A stretch of DNA of 64,000 nucleotides from an uncultured delta proteobacterium (GTDB lineage Bacteria > Desulfobacterota > Binatia > Binatales > Binataceae): the NCBI GenBank assembly GCA_963808235.1, contig CAWEEQ010000004.1, forward strand, positions 1,504,001-1,568,000, in the 5' to 3' direction. Made by a program: the position numbers and the translations under genes. Positions 19,642 through 28,867 of the stretch are shown here, one piece after another; within the stretch, counting starts at the first letter, position 1, and each line of letters opens with the position of its first letter. The notes beneath the pieces are model-generated. The model had not been told where the DNA came from and made no database searches. It saw nothing but the letters and a program-made list of their open reading frames with translations.

Positions 19642-19730
19642 TACGAATCACCCTCAGCCCTGATAACTTGTTTTGCTCTCCACCCGCTGTGAACATCGTG
19701 CAGGACTCGGAGCGCTTCGAGACGAGCTGA

Positions 19731-20303
19731 ATGGCAAGAGTCGAGATTCCGCAGGCGCGCGCCCGCATCACGGAGACCCCAACTGGTCTCCACGTTAGCA
19801 TTCCCGCCAACAGAAACTGGTTCATCGTCCTGTTCATGGGATTCTGGATGTGCGGTTGGTTGTTTGGCGAATGCGCCGTCATCTATACGCTGATAAGGGG
19901 AAAGACACCGCTTCCCGCAAACCTGTTCATGCTTGTATGGCTAGGCGGATGGACCGTAGGCGGAGGATTCATTGGCTACCAATGGCTGTGGAATATGGCC
20001 GGCAAGGAATTGATCGTGCTCGGGCAACAGACCCTGGCGATCAAAAGTGATGTACTCGGCTTCGGACGGGTGCGGGAATTCGATCTGACGGAGGTGCGTG
20101 ATTTGCGCGTCGATAGCGCGTCGTCGGGACTCGCAAAGCTCAATTGGGGTTGGTCGGGTCAAATGTCGGGAGCAGGCACCATCGCCTTCGATTACGGCGC
20201 GAAGACGTTCCACTTCGGGTCGGGCCTGGATGAATCCGAGGCACGCCAGCTCATAGCCCGACTCAGCACGCGGTACAATTTTCAGACGGCCCCATCGAGT
20301 TAG
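19731..20303 (+). CDS. Hypothetical membrane protein
   Basis: Two hydrophobic helices; FDYGAKT..FG tail. Confidence 0.7.
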   Translation: MARVEIPQARARITETPTGLHVSIPANRNWFIVLFMGFWMCGWLFGECAVIYTLIRGKTPLPANLFMLVWLGGWTVGGGFIGYQWLWNMAGKELIVLGQQTLAIKSDVLGFGRVREFDLTEVRDLRVDSASSGLAKLNWGWSGQMSGAGTIAFDYGAKTFHFGSGLDESEARQLIARLSTRYNFQTAPSS

Positions 20304-20358
20304 TCGCCTTGTCCGCCGCGCATCGCTGCGATACTTCTGTCAGTTGCCTTACCGACGC

Positions 20359-20430
20359 GCCCCGGTAGTGAAAAGGACATCACGGAGGTCTCCGGAACCT
20401 CAAGTCCGGGTTCGATTCCCGGCCGGGGCA
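20359..20430 (+). tRNA. tRNA-Arg(CCG)
   Basis: Acceptor stem GCCCCGG/CCGGGGC, D arm GTGA/TCAC, anticodon arm GAGGT-CTCCGGA-ACCTC, T loop TTCGATT; CCA not encoded. Confidence 0.93.
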
Positions 20431-20699
20431 TTATTCGGAGGATTCCTGAGCCGGGTTTTCCCGGTCTCATCGCGCCGCGAATGCCTCTGCGGCCGCCAAT
20501 TGCTCACCATACTCGAAGTAGGGTTTTCTGCCACCTCTCCCCGATGGACAAATTAGAAACCTACAGTACGTAGGTAAACTTTACTCTTTGCTTAAGCTAT
20601 GAAGTCTTTTTAGACTGCTTATCCATGTTTTAGCATCCTATTATTCTCACGACAAGTCTAGTCTTGCTTTAAGACCAGATAAGAGTCATAAACGTTCGC

Positions 20700-21365
20700 A
20701 TGAAAATCGATCCGCGAGAGCAAGTGGTCGCTCCTGATCTCGAAAAACGCGAGATATGGGATCAATTTCGCAACGACCACGAACTAATCGACCGGCTTAA
20801 AATAAGCGCGCAGGAACTCGAAACGCTCTCTCGATGCGCCCTGCTCGGCACGCTGACCTGCAAGCAGGATTTGCTTTTCATCCTGCGCCAGATTCGTGAG
20901 GCAACTACCCCGGGGGCTCCACCGACCGTGTTCGCGGCACCGGCCTCGGCGTCCGGTGCCGCGTACGACTCAATCGATCAAACCGCGCCGCCGGATTTGA
21001 GCCGAATCCGCGTTCACCTCGCCACTCCCGCCGCGGCGGTTTCCGTCGAATCGGCTTCGCACGCGCGTGTAACCCGGGGGCGGGTCCGCGAGCATTTTGG
21101 CGTGACATTCTGGGTGGTGATTCTGGCCGCGGGCCTGGTGTGGAATTTCGCGATCGCAATCTCGCGCTGGCGCGACGGCTTTCTTGCCAAGGTAGTTGCA
21201 CCCGCCACTTCTGCTCCTGCGGAGTCGCCCGCGTGGTTCGCGCGAGTCGACGAGTTCAAGATGCTGATCGGCTGGGAAATTTTGTTCTTGCTGGGCGTGT
21301 CCGTGGTGATCTACCTTCTGGCCTCACGCAAGCGTCCGCGCCGACTCAAAGTCAAACCGCTCTGA
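20700..21365 (+). CDS. Hypothetical membrane protein (two C-terminal TM helices)
   Basis: 221-aa ORF after an AT-rich promoter region; hydrophobic segments. Confidence 0.7.
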   Translation: MKIDPREQVVAPDLEKREIWDQFRNDHELIDRLKISAQELETLSRCALLGTLTCKQDLLFILRQIREATTPGAPPTVFAAPASASGAAYDSIDQTAPPDLSRIRVHLATPAAAVSVESASHARVTRGRVREHFGVTFWVVILAAGLVWNFAIAISRWRDGFLAKVVAPATSAPAESPAWFARVDEFKMLIGWEILFLLGVSVVIYLLASRKRPRRLKVKPL

Positions 21366-21510
21366 GCCGACGCCGCACGTCTACCAGTTAAAGGTTAAAA
21401 GCTAAATCGTTTTCGCCTGACGCCCTTACCCGAGGCTCTTCGCAGCATCGTTTGCGATGGGCGCGCCGACTGCGATATCAAAAGCTTCACGAGTCTCGAG
21501 GCACACCTCG

Positions 21511-22311
21511 ATGGAATATCGAATCACGCCGGGCCGATTGCCGATTGGCCAGTTCTCGCTCTACTACGAGCGCGTCGGCGCCGGCCCGCCGATTGTCTTT
21601 CTGCACGGTCTCGGCGGTAACCATCTATCGTGGTGGCAGCAGGTCCCCTACTTCATGCGCTCGTTTGAGTGCGTCACGGTTGACCAGCGGAGCTTCGGCC
21701 TCTCGCCCGATCCCGAGGGTCTGTTCAACCGCGCCCATTCGACCGACTTGGGCGCTCTGCTCGACCATCTGAAGATCGAGCGGTGTGTGTTGATCGGACA
21801 ATCGATGGGTGGATGGACGATCGTGGGTTACGCACTCGAGCATCCCGAGCGCGTCGCTGCGATGGTGATGGCGGACACGCCGGGCGGCATCTTCACGCCG
21901 GAAATGAATTTCCAGCGGAGCGCGCCGCTCCCCGCCGATCCAAACCCGCCGATCGGATCGTTGCCAACCTATGCGGCCGACTATTTCGCACGGCGTCCCG
22001 AGCTTGCGTTTCTGTACGAAGAAATCCGCATCCATGGCGCGCGTCCACCGGCCGACGCCGGTCTGCGCCTGTTCGGCCAGCGCTACGATCTCGCCGCAGT
22101 GAAGAAACGCCTCACGATGCCGATTCTGTGCCTGGTCGGCGAGGAGGACACCCTCATCAGGCCGGAGATCGTCCGCGCGCTTGCGTCGGCGCTGCCCGAT
22201 GCCCGGATGCGAACTGTCCCCGGTTCCGGGCATTCGATTTATTTCGAGAATCCCGCCGTTTTCAATCAACTGGTGCGCGATTTCATGATTGAAGTCGGTT
22301 ATCCACGCTAA
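21511..22311 (+). CDS. Alpha/beta-fold hydrolase
   Basis: FLHG, GQSMG nucleophile elbow, GEED, SGH. Confidence 0.9.
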   Translation: MEYRITPGRLPIGQFSLYYERVGAGPPIVFLHGLGGNHLSWWQQVPYFMRSFECVTVDQRSFGLSPDPEGLFNRAHSTDLGALLDHLKIERCVLIGQSMGGWTIVGYALEHPERVAAMVMADTPGGIFTPEMNFQRSAPLPADPNPPIGSLPTYAADYFARRPELAFLYEEIRIHGARPPADAGLRLFGQRYDLAAVKKRLTMPILCLVGEEDTLIRPEIVRALASALPDARMRTVPGSGHSIYFENPAVFNQLVRDFMIEVGYPR

Positions 22312-22403
22312 ATCGCCTCTGAATCGCCAACCTGCGCCGACCGAATTCCGTCAAGTTCGTCGAATTGCCTTGCAGACGACGCTGGCGTATATTCCGCTCG
22401 TCT

Positions 22404-22658
22404 ATGAATCCTTTCATAGAGAGACTGTCGGCTGCCGTGATGGCCGTCGGACCAGCCGCACAGCCTGTTCAATCAGACGCGTGGTACATGCGAATCACGC
22501 GAATCAACGACTACGAGATCTTGCTCGGCTGGGAAGTTTTGTTTGTGGTAGGCGTGTCTGCGGCGTTCTTCATCCTGTCCTCACGCAGGCGCGGCGTTGA
22601 CTCGCCGACAAAGCGCTCTAAGCCAACTCCCCCCGCATCTACAGACTCTCGCGCCTGA
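22404..22658 (+). CDS. Small membrane protein similar to the C-terminus of 20700..21365
   Basis: GWEVLFVVGVS versus GWEILFLLGVS. Confidence 0.55.
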   Translation: MNPFIERLSAAVMAVGPAAQPVQSDAWYMRITRINDYEILLGWEVLFVVGVSAAFFILSSRRRGVDSPTKRSKPTPPASTDSRA

Positions 22659-22757
22659 CGCTGAATCGCCCCGATCGGCAACCTGTGCCGTGAAACTAAA
22701 TTCTGCCAAATTCGTCGAATTGGCAGGTAGAAGATAACGGCATATACTCACCTTGCT

Positions 22758-23618
22758 ATGAATCTCATCATAAAGGGGTTGTCCGCGGTCGTGCTGACCG
22801 TGGCGATGTCCGCGTTGGCTGCGTGTACGCCGATCCAGAATTCGTTCGGAACGGCCGATCCAACCAATCCCGCTTCGCAAATGGGATCCTCCAACGGGTT
22901 TGGATCGAATTCCACGATGCCGACTCCTTCCAGCGCAGGCACCGTGGTCGGCGGCGTTGTCGATTCACCCTCGAGCCAGGGACTCTCCGATTATTTGAAG
23001 CATCACCAATTGCCGTTGGTCGGCGCCCAGGTTGTCACCAGTTCGAGCGGCGGCCGCCAGGTTATCCTGTTCGGCTTTGTCGCGAGCGACTTCGGCAAGA
23101 CCGACGCCGAGCAGAAGGCTCGCCACTACCTGAAAGATCAATCGGTGGTCGTGGACAACCGGATAAAGATCAGCCCCGATCTGGCTGGCGCGGGCGGCAG
23201 CGCGGGATCGACCGTAAACGGTGTACCTTCAGCGAATGCGATGCCGTCGGATGGAACCGATCCGTACGCGGGCTCCGGTTCTATCCAGGACTACCAGAAC
23301 AACCAGCCCCCGGCCTTCGCCTCTCAATCCCAGCAGTACCAGCAGTACGGCAGCACCGGCGGCTCACCCAGCATGCTGACGACGATTATTCCGCTGATCG
23401 GAATGCTTGGCGGCGGATCGATCGGCGGCAGCAGTATGGGCGGAAGTTTCGGCGGATTCGGCGGCGGCGGATTCGGTGGTGGCTCCCCGGGCTTCGGAGG
23501 ATTCGGCGGTTCGCCAGGCTATGGCGGCGGCTACGGTGGCGGAGGTTACGGTGGCTATCCTTCGTATCCACCACCAACATCGCCATACGGTGGCGGCGCG
23601 CCCGCGTTTTCGTTCTGA
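22758..23618 (+). CDS. Lipoprotein with BON-like domain and Gly/Tyr/Phe-rich tail
   Basis: LAAC lipobox; VILFGFV...VVDNRIKI; GGF/GGY low-complexity C-terminus. Confidence 0.7.
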   Translation: MNLIIKGLSAVVLTVAMSALAACTPIQNSFGTADPTNPASQMGSSNGFGSNSTMPTPSSAGTVVGGVVDSPSSQGLSDYLKHHQLPLVGAQVVTSSSGGRQVILFGFVASDFGKTDAEQKARHYLKDQSVVVDNRIKISPDLAGAGGSAGSTVNGVPSANAMPSDGTDPYAGSGSIQDYQNNQPPAFASQSQQYQQYGSTGGSPSMLTTIIPLIGMLGGGSIGGSSMGGSFGGFGGGGFGGGSPGFGGFGGSPGYGGGYGGGGYGGYPSYPPPTSPYGGGAPAFSF

Positions 23619-23625
23619 TCGCGAA

Positions 23626-24438
23626 CTAGTGCGCGAGCTTGAATCGCTCGCCGAGAAAGACCTGCCGCACCTGCTCGCTCGCAACAATGTCCCTCGGCTC
23701 CCCGTCAAACAGGATCTTGCCGGCGTGAATTATGTAAGCGCGATCGATTATCGAGAGCGTCGCTTGCACGTTGTGATCTGACATCAGCACGCCAATCCCC
23801 CGCTCCTTCAGGTACGTGACCACCCGCTGAATCTCGACCACGGTTATCGGATCGATTCCGGCGAACGGCTCATCCAGACACAGATAGACCGGATCGAGCA
23901 CCAGCGCGCGGGTGATCTCGACCCGGCGCCGCTCGCCGCCCGACAACACGCCCGCCTTCGCCTTCGCGAGCTTCGCGATTCCAAGTTCGTCGAGCAGAGA
24001 TTGCAAGCGTGCGCGGCGCTCTTCGTCGGTGAGCGGCAACGTCTCCAGCACCGCGAGCAGATTCTCCTCGACGGTCAGCTTGCGGAACACGCTGGGCTCC
24101 TGTGGCAGGTAGGAGATTCCCCGCCGCGCGCGCTGATAGAGCGGCAGCGTCGTGATGTCCTCCTCGCCGAATACGACCCGCCCCTTGTCGGGCTTCAGCA
24201 GTCCCACCAGCATGTAGAAGGTCGTCGTCTTGCCGGCGCCATTGGGCCCCAGAAATCCAACCACTTCGCCCGGCTTGACGTTCACGTCGACGTTGTCGAC
24301 GACCGCGCGCCCGCCATAGACCTTGGTCAGTCCCTCGCCACGCAGCGACTGCGCGGACGCCGCTTGAACAGGCGCGCCATTCACTTCGCCGGATTTTAAA
24401 TTTTTCGCTATTGCCACAACAAAAGCCGTTCGACCCAA
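23626..24438 (-). CDS. lptB: LPS export ABC transporter ATPase
   Basis: GPNGAGKTT, YLPQEPSVFRKL, LSGGERRRVEI, DEPFAGIDP, DHNV. Confidence 0.9.
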   Translation of the reverse strand: MGRTAFVVAIAKNLKSGEVNGAPVQAASAQSLRGEGLTKVYGGRAVVDNVDVNVKPGEVVGFLGPNGAGKTTTFYMLVGLLKPDKGRVVFGEEDITTLPLYQRARRGISYLPQEPSVFRKLTVEENLLAVLETLPLTDEERRARLQSLLDELGIAKLAKAKAGVLSGGERRRVEITRALVLDPVYLCLDEPFAGIDPITVVEIQRVVTYLKERGIGVLMSDHNVQATLSIIDRAYIIHAGKILFDGEPRDIVASEQVRQVFLGERFKLAH

Positions 24439-24504
24439 TTCCCCTAGAACTTATCGGCTTTGCGCAAGATATGAAACGTTCCGCCGTGATCGGCAATCTG
24501 CCGA

Positions 24505-25173
24505 TTACGAATTTGCGGTCTGCGGCGACTGCATTCCCGAAAGCATCCCGATGAGCAGCATGACGGTGACATCCGCCGCGCCGAGAGCCGCGCGATTCCA
24601 CTCTATACCGCCGGCGGGAAGCATCACGCCCTCGCCAGGCTCGAGGATGACGCGAATTCGCGCCGATTGCGCGCCGGACTCCGCGCCGAGAAACACTGCG
24701 GCGTTCTCGTCGCCGAGGTTGATACACGCGAGCGTCGTACCGACGCCCGCGCTGAATCGCGTCGCTCGGCTCGATTGCAGCACAACCGCTCCATCGTTCT
24801 CAGCGACTCCCGTTTGCCCGCCGTCGGAGACGATCACCTCCATCACGGCATCCGAGGGGAGCAACCAGTTTTTGTAATCGAAATAGGCCGCCACCTCACG
24901 CGCATACCCTTCGAATCCGGCGGATATGTTGCTCGGATTATCGTCGCCCGATTCGGCGAGACTCCACCATCGCTTCAACAGATGCCTTGGTATCGCGATC
25001 ACTGACACATCGGTAGGCAACGACGCTCCGTCGTCGGAACATGATGCCGCGAGCTCGCTCGCGTCGGCGGGGCGCCATCCGGTCGGTCCTGGCACCTGCA
25101 CTCTTTCAGCCAGAGTCAGCCGGCTCTGATATCGAGCCGCGTGGCGTATTCGACAAGCCGGCGCAACCTTCAT
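24505..25173 (-). CDS. Hypothetical protein downstream of the radical SAM gene (possible cupin/DSBH-like C-terminus)
   Basis: Same strand, ~20 nt after the rSAM stop; INLGDE...LEPGEG pattern. Confidence 0.6.
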   Translation of the reverse strand: MKVAPACRIRHAARYQSRLTLAERVQVPGPTGWRPADASELAASCSDDGASLPTDVSVIAIPRHLLKRWWSLAESGDDNPSNISAGFEGYAREVAAYFDYKNWLLPSDAVMEVIVSDGGQTGVAENDGAVVLQSSRATRFSAGVGTTLACINLGDENAAVFLGAESGAQSARIRVILEPGEGVMLPAGGIEWNRAALGAADVTVMLLIGMLSGMQSPQTANS

Positions 25174-25192
25174 CGACCTAAGCGAGTCGAAT

Positions 25193-26363
25193 TCAGGTGA
25201 CGACCGCTGCGTCGCCGCTTGGATGCCGTAGTCGTGCGACAATCACGTCGACCAGCACTTTGCGATTGAGGCGGCAGAACATGGTCTCGGTGGAATCGAA
25301 CGAGCCATTCTCGAAGTACTTATTCACCGGCGCGCCGCCGCCGCACAAGCCGTAGTACTCACATGTGTCGCGGCACTTGCTCAGCCCGCGTGCAATATCA
25401 GTACTCATATGCCGGAACTTGTCGCCATTGATCGCTGTGGCGAGTGTATCCGTCTTCACGTTGCCTATAGCGAAGTCGCCGTAGTGACTACTCTTGAGTC
25501 CAAGCAGCTCGGGCGAGTAGGTAGTGAAGTTGCCTTCGCAGTCGATACTGAGTATCGCACCAGGCGCGTTTTCCTGCGTCAGAGGAACATCGTCTGAGCC
25601 GGCGCCAAGAATCAGCGGAACCATCGAATCGAACTCGCGCACGCTCATGGCCAGGTCGTCGCGCGCGACCAGATCGAAGAATCTTCCGATGAAGCGTCCG
25701 AATCTATTTTCGATTCCCGCCGCGCCGAGTGTCGACGAGGCGTGCGGTCCTTCGATCTCTTCGATATTGAACGCGACCTCCCGGAACGTCGTTCTCCAGG
25801 TAGAAGTCATAGAGTTCGTCCGCGTAATCGAGCGACTCGCCGGTAAGCACGGAGATTACGTGGAAGGGCACCTTGTTGCTCTGCAGTTTTCGGATCCCCG
25901 CCATCACGCGATGATGAGTCGCGCCGCCCTTGCGGGTCTTTCGATAGCGATCGTGAAGAAACGCCGGCCCGTCAACGCTGACTCCGACGTTGACGCCATG
26001 CGCGTTGAAAAAATCGCACCATGCGTCGTCGATCAGAACGCCGTTGGTCTGAAACGAGTGACGCACCTGCGCGCCGTCCGGATTGTGATTGGCGATAATC
26101 CCGATCGCGGTTTCGTAGTAGCCGACCGGCAGGACCATCGGTTCTCCCGCGTGCCAGACCACGGTGAAGCCCTGCTCGACGATTCCGCTTTCGAAGACGA
26201 ATTGAAAAACGCGCTTCAGCGTCGCTTCCGACATTCGGCGCGTAGAGTCGCGATCGGGCAGGTAGCAGTACGAGCAGTCGAGATTACAGAACGGAGTCGG
26301 CTGCAGAACTAGTAACTCGAGTGGCCCAGCGATTCGCCATCTATTGACCGCGGCCATCTTCAA
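25193..26363 (-). CDS. grrM: GrrM/OscB-type cyclophane-forming radical SAM/SPASM maturase (frameshift ~25785)
   Basis: LQPTPFCNLDCSYCYLP, WHAGEP, QTNG, VSVDGP, FNIEEIEG, YSPELL, CRDTCEYYGLCGGG, NKYFENG, ETMFC. Confidence 0.88.
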
Positions 26364-26426
26364 TTCTGCCCGACGCGCGCTCGCGGCGTCCGAGGCGGCG
26401 CTACTTCGAGTCCGCGACTTGAAAAC

Positions 26427-26753
26427 TTACCAATTGCGCCAGTTATGCCAGTTGTGCCAGTTCGGCCAGCCCCATCCGCGCCATCCACCGTTGCGCCAAT
26501 TGCGCCACCATGCGAGCTGCACGGTTGAGTCGCCTTGCTTGATCAGGTTGGCGTTGGCGTCTTGAGCCTGAGGGCGCACCTTCTCGACGCGTTGCTTGAG
26601 ACTGTCCGTGGGATTGCTGTCCGCGACGTTGGCGCCCGCAGGGAGCGCACTCAGGATCGTAGTCGCGAGCACGATCGTGCTGGCGCTAGTGCCGATGATC
26701 GCGCGGAGACGTTCTTTAAGTTTTTGTCGATTCGCGGGCTGGTCGGATTTCAC
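26427..26753 (-). CDS. GrrA/OscA-type triceptide precursor peptide
   Basis: AAGGAGG RBS plus GTG; hydrophobic leader; core QLAWWRNWRNGGWRGWGWPNWHNWHNWRNW. Confidence 0.88.
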   Translation of the reverse strand: MKSDQPANRQKLKERLRAIIGTSASTIVLATTILSALPAGANVADSNPTDSLKQRVEKVRPQAQDANANLIKQGDSTVQLAWWRNWRNGGWRGWGWPNWHNWHNWRNW

Positions 26754-27024
26754 CGGTTCCTCCTTCAGGAAACTCACTCCAGATTGGATCGGCCGATCGT
26801 CAAAAATCCTTATACCGTCACTAAGTTGAGTACGATTCCTTGAGTCCGATGTCAATCAAGTCCGGATGTCACCATGCTGCATCGTTCCGCGCGTGACCTA
26901 TCTTAAGTTACGCACGCAACCTTGTATCGGTTACGGTTGACTTGGATAATTTTTTTTCAGTAGGATTTTTGCGCGGTTCAACCACTCTGCCTGCGACCGC
27001 CTGCGTCGCACTGGAGGCCTCGTC

Positions 27025-27669
27025 ATGCGATTTCGGCCCACTCTTTCAGCGGTAATCCTCGTCTCAAGTCTGCTCGGCGCCAGTCCCTTCCTGATGGCTG
27101 CCGATGAGCATCCTCCGGAGCCGGCAAATCCGGAATACGCGCAATGGTCTCACTTCAAACCCGGCAGCTACGTCACCCTCGAGCGAAAAGTACTCGAACA
27201 CCGCGAGAGTAATCCGGGTGTCGTCGAGGCGATGGCGCATCCGCCGGGCGCCGCCGTCATGCGCATCAGCAGCAAGTTGGTCGATCTCGACAAGGACAAA
27301 GCCGTTCTCGAGGAGACCAGGATCGATCTCGGCGACGGCAGCGAAACCGAGATGCCTCCCGACAAGGTGACGCTCTTCGCCAGTGGCTCGGTCAGCGATG
27401 CGACCGATTCACTGATGGAGGCGCCGGCGAAGCAGGAAGACGTCAAGGCGACCGAGGGCGACGAAGAAGTGTCCGTACACGGAAACAAGATCAAGGCGCA
27501 CTGGGTCGAGACCTCGGTCAAGACCGGCTCCGAAGTATCCACCTCGAAGGACTGGCTGTCGGATGACATTCCCGGCGGCCTGATCAAGGAAGAGGTCAAG
27601 AAAACTATCGGTGGGAAGCTGGTGCTGGAATCGGTGACCAAGGTGATCGATTACAAATCCGCTTCCTGA
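27025..27669 (+). CDS. Secreted hypothetical protein
   Basis: GGAGG RBS, signal peptide, NPEY..W..FKPGS and W.SD.IPGG motifs. Confidence 0.75.
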   Translation: MRFRPTLSAVILVSSLLGASPFLMAADEHPPEPANPEYAQWSHFKPGSYVTLERKVLEHRESNPGVVEAMAHPPGAAVMRISSKLVDLDKDKAVLEETRIDLGDGSETEMPPDKVTLFASGSVSDATDSLMEAPAKQEDVKATEGDEEVSVHGNKIKAHWVETSVKTGSEVSTSKDWLSDDIPGGLIKEEVKKTIGGKLVLESVTKVIDYKSAS

Positions 27670-27749
27670 TCATTTAGCGGCGAACACTGAGCGAATCAGC
27701 CGGCAGGGATCGAAATCACTGCCGGCTCTTTCTTTGGCCGCTTTGCGCA

Positions 27750-28055
27750 ATGGCTGCGGGATGCTACCCCTCTAACGTGGCCGACGAATTCGACAGCGAA
27801 CGGTTCCCGGGGAACTTCTACCAGGGGATGATCCTCAAGCTCGATCGCTCGCGCGGACGCGGCGTGGTGCGATCGCATAGCGGCAAGGAGATCCCGTTTG
27901 AATTTCCGTTCGTGGCCGTGCTCGGCGCCGGAATCGGCGGCAACATGCCCGGAATCGATCTGCTCCGCGAAGGCGACATCATCGGCTTCGACGTCGGATG
28001 GACCTCGAAGGGCCTGCGCGTGACGACGATCCACCCGCGCGCCAGTGCGCAATAG
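27750..28055 (+). CDS. Cold-shock/OB-fold-like small protein
   Basis: G.I.K....RGRG.V....G.EI.F ... LREGD...F.V.....G. Confidence 0.55.
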   Translation: MAAGCYPSNVADEFDSERFPGNFYQGMILKLDRSRGRGVVRSHSGKEIPFEFPFVAVLGAGIGGNMPGIDLLREGDIIGFDVGWTSKGLRVTTIHPRASAQ

Positions 28056-28061
28056 CGCGGC

Positions 28062-28823
28062 TTATTTCCCCTTCCAGTTCGGCGAACGCTTTTCGGCAAA
28101 AGCCAGGGCACCCTCTTTTGCGTCTTCAGTTTTGGTCAGGGATTCGTAGCGATCGTGTTCGAGCTTGAGTCCTTCAGCGAGGGGAAGATCGAGTCCGCGC
28201 AATGCAACCTCCTTGATTCCCCGCACCGCAAGCGGCGCGCTTTTGCAAATCTCAGATGCGATTTCCTCGCATCGCGGAATCAGCTCAGACATCGATACCA
28301 CGTAGTCAACCAGACCGAGGCGCAGCGCCTCCTGTGCGTCGATTCGCTTGCCCGTGTACAGCATCTCCAGCGCGCGGCCCAGCGGAATAAGACGGGGAAG
28401 ACGCTGCGTGCCACCGCCGCCCGGCAGCCAGCCGAGGCGGACTTCGCCAAGACCGAATTGCGCGTGATGCGCCGCGACTCTGATATCGCAGGCTAGCGCT
28501 TGTTCCAGGCCGCCTCCGTTGGCGTGACCGTTGATCGCGGCAATTATCGGTTTGGTCAGCTCGAGCATCACCGGATACGGAGTCTTCGCGCCTTCCGCGC
28601 CGCGCCGTTCGACGTAGTTGGATTTGATATCGCTGCCGGCGCAGAAGGCGCGCTCCCCCGCGCCGGTAAAGATTGCGACGCGCAAGTGAGGGTCGTCGCG
28701 AAACTCCGACCAGATTTCGGCCAGCCGCGTGTAAGTTTCGAAGTCGCAGGCGTTGAGTCTTTCCGGCCGGTTGATCGTGACGTACGCGACCGGACCTTTC
28801 TTCTCGAAGATTACTTTCATCAT
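28062..28823 (-). CDS. Enoyl-CoA hydratase/isomerase
   Basis: NRPERLNA, FCAGSD, KPIIAAING...GGGLE, GGTQRLPRL. Confidence 0.92.
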   Translation of the reverse strand: MMKVIFEKKGPVAYVTINRPERLNACDFETYTRLAEIWSEFRDDPHLRVAIFTGAGERAFCAGSDIKSNYVERRGAEGAKTPYPVMLELTKPIIAAINGHANGGGLEQALACDIRVAAHHAQFGLGEVRLGWLPGGGGTQRLPRLIPLGRALEMLYTGKRIDAQEALRLGLVDYVVSMSELIPRCEEIASEICKSAPLAVRGIKEVALRGLDLPLAEGLKLEHDRYESLTKTEDAKEGALAFAEKRSPNWKGK

Positions 28824-28867
28824 CGAAGCTTTACCGGCACGCGTTACCGGATGTCAAAAAAATCCGG

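Noticed and set aside
20359-20430. tRNA-Arg as an island integration site
   Set aside because: No integrase and no duplicated tRNA 3' end found in the window
26827-26855. Sigma70 promoter for the RiPP precursor
   Set aside because: TTGACA is present but the -10 (TACTCA) is weak; not called
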